Shown here piece by piece: positions 17,310 through 20,000 of a stretch of DNA of 20,000 nucleotides. Where the stretch lies: IMG/VR virus record IMGVR_UViG_3300042558_001076. One strand, written 5' to 3'. This DNA comes from an uncultured virus (IMG/VR IMGVR_UViG_3300042558_001076) (Duplodnaviria; Heunggongvirae; Uroviricota; Caudoviricetes). Position numbers and translations under genes: made by a program. Under the pieces are notes generated by a model, which was not told the DNA's origin, ran no database searches, and saw only the letters and a program-made list of their open reading frames with translations. Each line of letters begins with the position of its first letter. Within the stretch, counting starts at the first letter, position 1.

Positions 17310-17320
17310 AACGTATTATA
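17310..17320 (+). promoter_or_regulatory. AACGTATTATA motif, copy 5, forming an inverted repeat with 17326-17334
   Basis: 27 nt upstream of ATG 17337. Confidence 0.7.
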
Positions 17321-17336
17321 TGATAAATACGTTTAA

Positions 17337-18311
17337 ATGCAAAACGGTCAAGACTTATACAATTTCATAAACTTTATTGCCGATAAGAACCGTAGAGGTT
17401 ATTTATCTCCAGATGAGGTTGCTCAAGCGCTTTCTTCTGGGCAAGTTGATTTATGGAATTACTATTGGGGATTACCTCAAACTGCATCTGGTATTAAGAA
17501 TGGTGCACCTAATCCTGATTATGGTTCTTCTCAATTAACATTAGATGCCTTAAGTAGCTTTAGAAGAAAAGTACTAAAAACAACTAGCCCAACTGGGGTT
17601 ATATATCTTTATAATACTGGTCAACCTACTTATAATATTACAGACTTAGGACACTTTATTGGAATGATGAAAGTAGATGCTTCTGGCAATATATACAATA
17701 TCGACCAATATCTTAATTCAGAGATTGTAGATGTATTAAAATCAACCCTTTATCCTGTAGATGCTGCTAATCAAGTATTTGTATTTGAAGGCGATACAAT
17801 GCAGTTATATCCAAGAACTCAACTTCCTGCTCCTTATCAAGCAGAAGTTCAATATATAGCTATGCCACAAGATGTTGCGTTTAAGTACACAACCGCTGGT
17901 AATAGCTTAACTATTTTACCGCAAGGTCAAATTAAACAAATCAATATTAACTATGGTGGTTCTGGTTATACAGTAGCTCCAACTATTGCAATATCTGCAC
18001 CAGTTGATGCTGATGGCAATGCAGTTCCTAACGGTGTTGCAGCAACTGCTACTTGTGCTATTACAGGTGGTGTTATTACATCAGTAACAATTACTAACCC
18101 TGGGTATGGTTATAAATATCCACCAACTATTACATTAACAGGTGGTACACCAACTAATGCAGCTGTGCTACAAGCTATACCAGCTTTAGACCCTCAGTTC
18201 GACCAAGTATATTGGGTTGAATTAGTTGCTCGTTCTTTACCTTATATAGGCGTAAACTTGTCCGCTCAAGAAGTACAAGCATTGGCAGTTCAACAATTAC
18301 AATCTGTATAA
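17337..18311 (+). CDS. Head-tail adaptor / tail ring protein with an inserted GSGY-repeat domain
   Basis: N-terminal INFIADKNRRGYLSPDE pattern and short C-terminal helix typical of crAss-like ring proteins; position after the capsid module. Confidence 0.55.
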   Translation: MQNGQDLYNFINFIADKNRRGYLSPDEVAQALSSGQVDLWNYYWGLPQTASGIKNGAPNPDYGSSQLTLDALSSFRRKVLKTTSPTGVIYLYNTGQPTYNITDLGHFIGMMKVDASGNIYNIDQYLNSEIVDVLKSTLYPVDAANQVFVFEGDTMQLYPRTQLPAPYQAEVQYIAMPQDVAFKYTTAGNSLTILPQGQIKQININYGGSGYTVAPTIAISAPVDADGNAVPNGVAATATCAITGGVITSVTITNPGYGYKYPPTITLTGGTPTNAAVLQAIPALDPQFDQVYWVELVARSLPYIGVNLSAQEVQALAVQQLQSV

Positions 18312-18958
18312 TGACAACTAAAAGCCAATTAATAGAAAGAGTAAGAAGAATACTATCTGGTGGTTACCCAAGCAATCGTGATAGGGTTAAAGATGCTGAG
18401 ATTGAAAAGCAATTAGAGTCAGCAATAAATAGATTATTAAAAGTTGAGATGTTTAATATGACTTATAACGTAGATGGTATGACTATACCTGATGGCGTTA
18501 TGTTAGGTACATACGAAAACATTCAATTGACACAAGGGTTAAATGATACTTGTTCTGCATTGTTACCTGTAACACCTATGTATCTTCCAGAGAAAATGGG
18601 AGTATTTAGTGTGTATCCAAGTAACTATCCAGAGGCAGAGTTTATTCCTATTCCTTCTGGCCAATACTATATACTTCAACAAATCAAAGAAATCAATTCT
18701 TTATTAGGTAGAGTACCTTATGTATGGGACGGAAGAAAATTAACAATATACAGAGATTTAATTGGAGATGGTTTGTATACTATTGATGTTAAGTTAGCAG
18801 TTGCTGACTTATCTACATTAGGACCTAATGACCCATTACCTCTTTCTCCTGAGTTAGAAGAACAAGCTATTCAAGCGTGTGCACAAATCTTCTTAGCTGA
18901 GCCTAGAACAATAAGAGATGAGTCTTTAGAAGCATCACCAGAAAATTATATAAAATAA
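18311..18958 (+). CDS. Putative tail ring / tubular protein
   Basis: TAATG-coupled; helix-beta-helix layout ending in PLPLSPELEEQAI. Confidence 0.5.
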   Translation: MTTKSQLIERVRRILSGGYPSNRDRVKDAEIEKQLESAINRLLKVEMFNMTYNVDGMTIPDGVMLGTYENIQLTQGLNDTCSALLPVTPMYLPEKMGVFSVYPSNYPEAEFIPIPSGQYYILQQIKEINSLLGRVPYVWDGRKLTIYRDLIGDGLYTIDVKLAVADLSTLGPNDPLPLSPELEEQAIQACAQIFLAEPRTIRDESLEASPENYIK

Positions 18959-18964
18959 TAACAA

Positions 18965-19891
18965 ATGACACCAAACGGAGCTTTTGTATCAATAGATGAA
19001 ATTGTAAATGCGTGGCTATTCAAGAACGGGAAGACTGTTCATAGCTACGCAAAGGTGTTGGCATTTGCAGCAGAAGCTGTAAGAGAAATGTCATATACAT
19101 CTATGAACTTAGTACAGCATAAAATACTTATTAGAGATTGCCAGGACTGGTGGGATTTACCTAGTGACTATTCTGATTATGTAAGTGCTGGTATTAGAGT
19201 TGGACAATTTTGGAGACCTGTAGGTGTTCGTACTGGGTTAATGCCTTTCCCTTATACAGATGGTATTGCTCAATATAACCCAAGTGAGTTTAGTGAAGTC
19301 CCAGGTGAAATGAATACATCTGGAGAATGGGTTAATTGGTTAGGCCCAGAGTGTGACCCTGCTGACTTTTGGAATACTGATTTTTATCTTGATGACTTTA
19401 CAACACAAGAAAGAGTTACACCAGAATTACCAGCTAACAATGTAACAAACATTCCTACTTATAATCAATACTTGCCTTATCAAGGATTTATACCTTTCTT
19501 CTTCTCTGACTTATATAATGAGTGGGGACAAAACAAAGGTAGAGCTTTTGGGTTTGGAGATGGAAACAGAATTGATTCTATTAATATTAACGTAGAAAAA
19601 GGTATCATTACTTGCCCTTGGCATTTCCCTGGAAAAGAATTATATTTATGCTATGTTGGTATTGGTAATGTTGACTCTATGAGTATGTTGCCTAAGAAAG
19701 CACAAGTAGTTGTTGAAGCTTACATTAGTTACAAAATGGCTATTACTAAACGTAATGGTATTAGAGAAGGTGGAGCATTCAAGCAATTATATGATAATGA
19801 ATTAAGATTATTAAGAGCTAAAAACGACGTACTTACTACTACTGATATTGCACGTGCAGTTTACAGAGCATTCGGTAGAACAAGAGAATAG
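18965..19891 (+). CDS. Putative tail ring / tubular protein
   Basis: FVSIDEIV...LPSDYSDYV...VVEAYISYK pattern resembles crAss-like ring proteins. Confidence 0.5.
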   Translation: MTPNGAFVSIDEIVNAWLFKNGKTVHSYAKVLAFAAEAVREMSYTSMNLVQHKILIRDCQDWWDLPSDYSDYVSAGIRVGQFWRPVGVRTGLMPFPYTDGIAQYNPSEFSEVPGEMNTSGEWVNWLGPECDPADFWNTDFYLDDFTTQERVTPELPANNVTNIPTYNQYLPYQGFIPFFFSDLYNEWGQNKGRAFGFGDGNRIDSININVEKGIITCPWHFPGKELYLCYVGIGNVDSMSMLPKKAQVVVEAYISYKMAITKRNGIREGGAFKQLYDNELRLLRAKNDVLTTTDIARAVYRAFGRTRE

Positions 19892-19893
19892 AT

Positions 19894-20000
19894 ATGAATA
19901 TAAACCAATTAAATGCTATAGTTGACCAAGCAGATAATAACCCAAGAGGACTTGTCAGTTGGATAGGTGCAAATGGGTTAAAAATGCTACAACAGTCAAT
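19894..20000 (+). CDS. 5' end of the next ORF (MNINQLNAIVDQADNNPRGLVSW...), truncated
   Basis: ATG 2 nt after the previous stop, open to the window edge. Confidence 0.6.
   Translation, partial: MNINQLNAIVDQADNNPRGLVSWIGANGLKMLQQS

Noticed and set aside
1066..17320. AACGTATTAT repeats as a CRISPR array or attachment sites
   Set aside because: Copies are only 10-11 nt and kilobases apart; no cas or integrase gene in the window
1..20000. Stop-codon reassignment (TAG or TGA), as seen in some crAss-like phages
   Set aside because: Long genes are intact under the standard code. TAG ends the capsid gene directly before a terminator, and TGA ends the probable TerS in an ATGA overlap

Overview
AT-rich virion morphogenesis region of a lytic, podovirus-type dsDNA phage with crAss-like (Crassvirales-like) gene order, most likely infecting Bacteroidota. 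Host evidence: a TTTG-N20-TAnnTTTG promoter, A/C-rich leaders without Shine-Dalgarno sequences, and a Gln at +1 after a signal peptide. The standard genetic code is used. A divergent intergenic region (96-644) is followed by one long + strand block: RepL-like gene, GTA-type head-spike base, short Trp-repeat peptide, fibre, membrane-protein cluster, small Lys-rich proteins, SLT-like enzyme, tandem GroES, probable TerS, TerL, portal, scaffold, major capsid, a GH19 endolysin/holin/u-spanin cassette, and head-tail ring proteins. The most notable non-obvious signals are: (1) a recurrent intergenic AACGTATTAT(A) motif 27-38 nt upstream of five start codons, a candidate phage late promoter; (2) a G_GGT_TTA -1 slippery site that would fuse the spike base to an unannotated 40-aa ORF; (3) a GU-rich tract plus twin hairpin that is complementary to CA-rich leaders, a GcvB-like sRNA candidate; (4) a second, lysis-like membrane cluster. 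Family assignments come from motif recognition and synteny, not from database searches.
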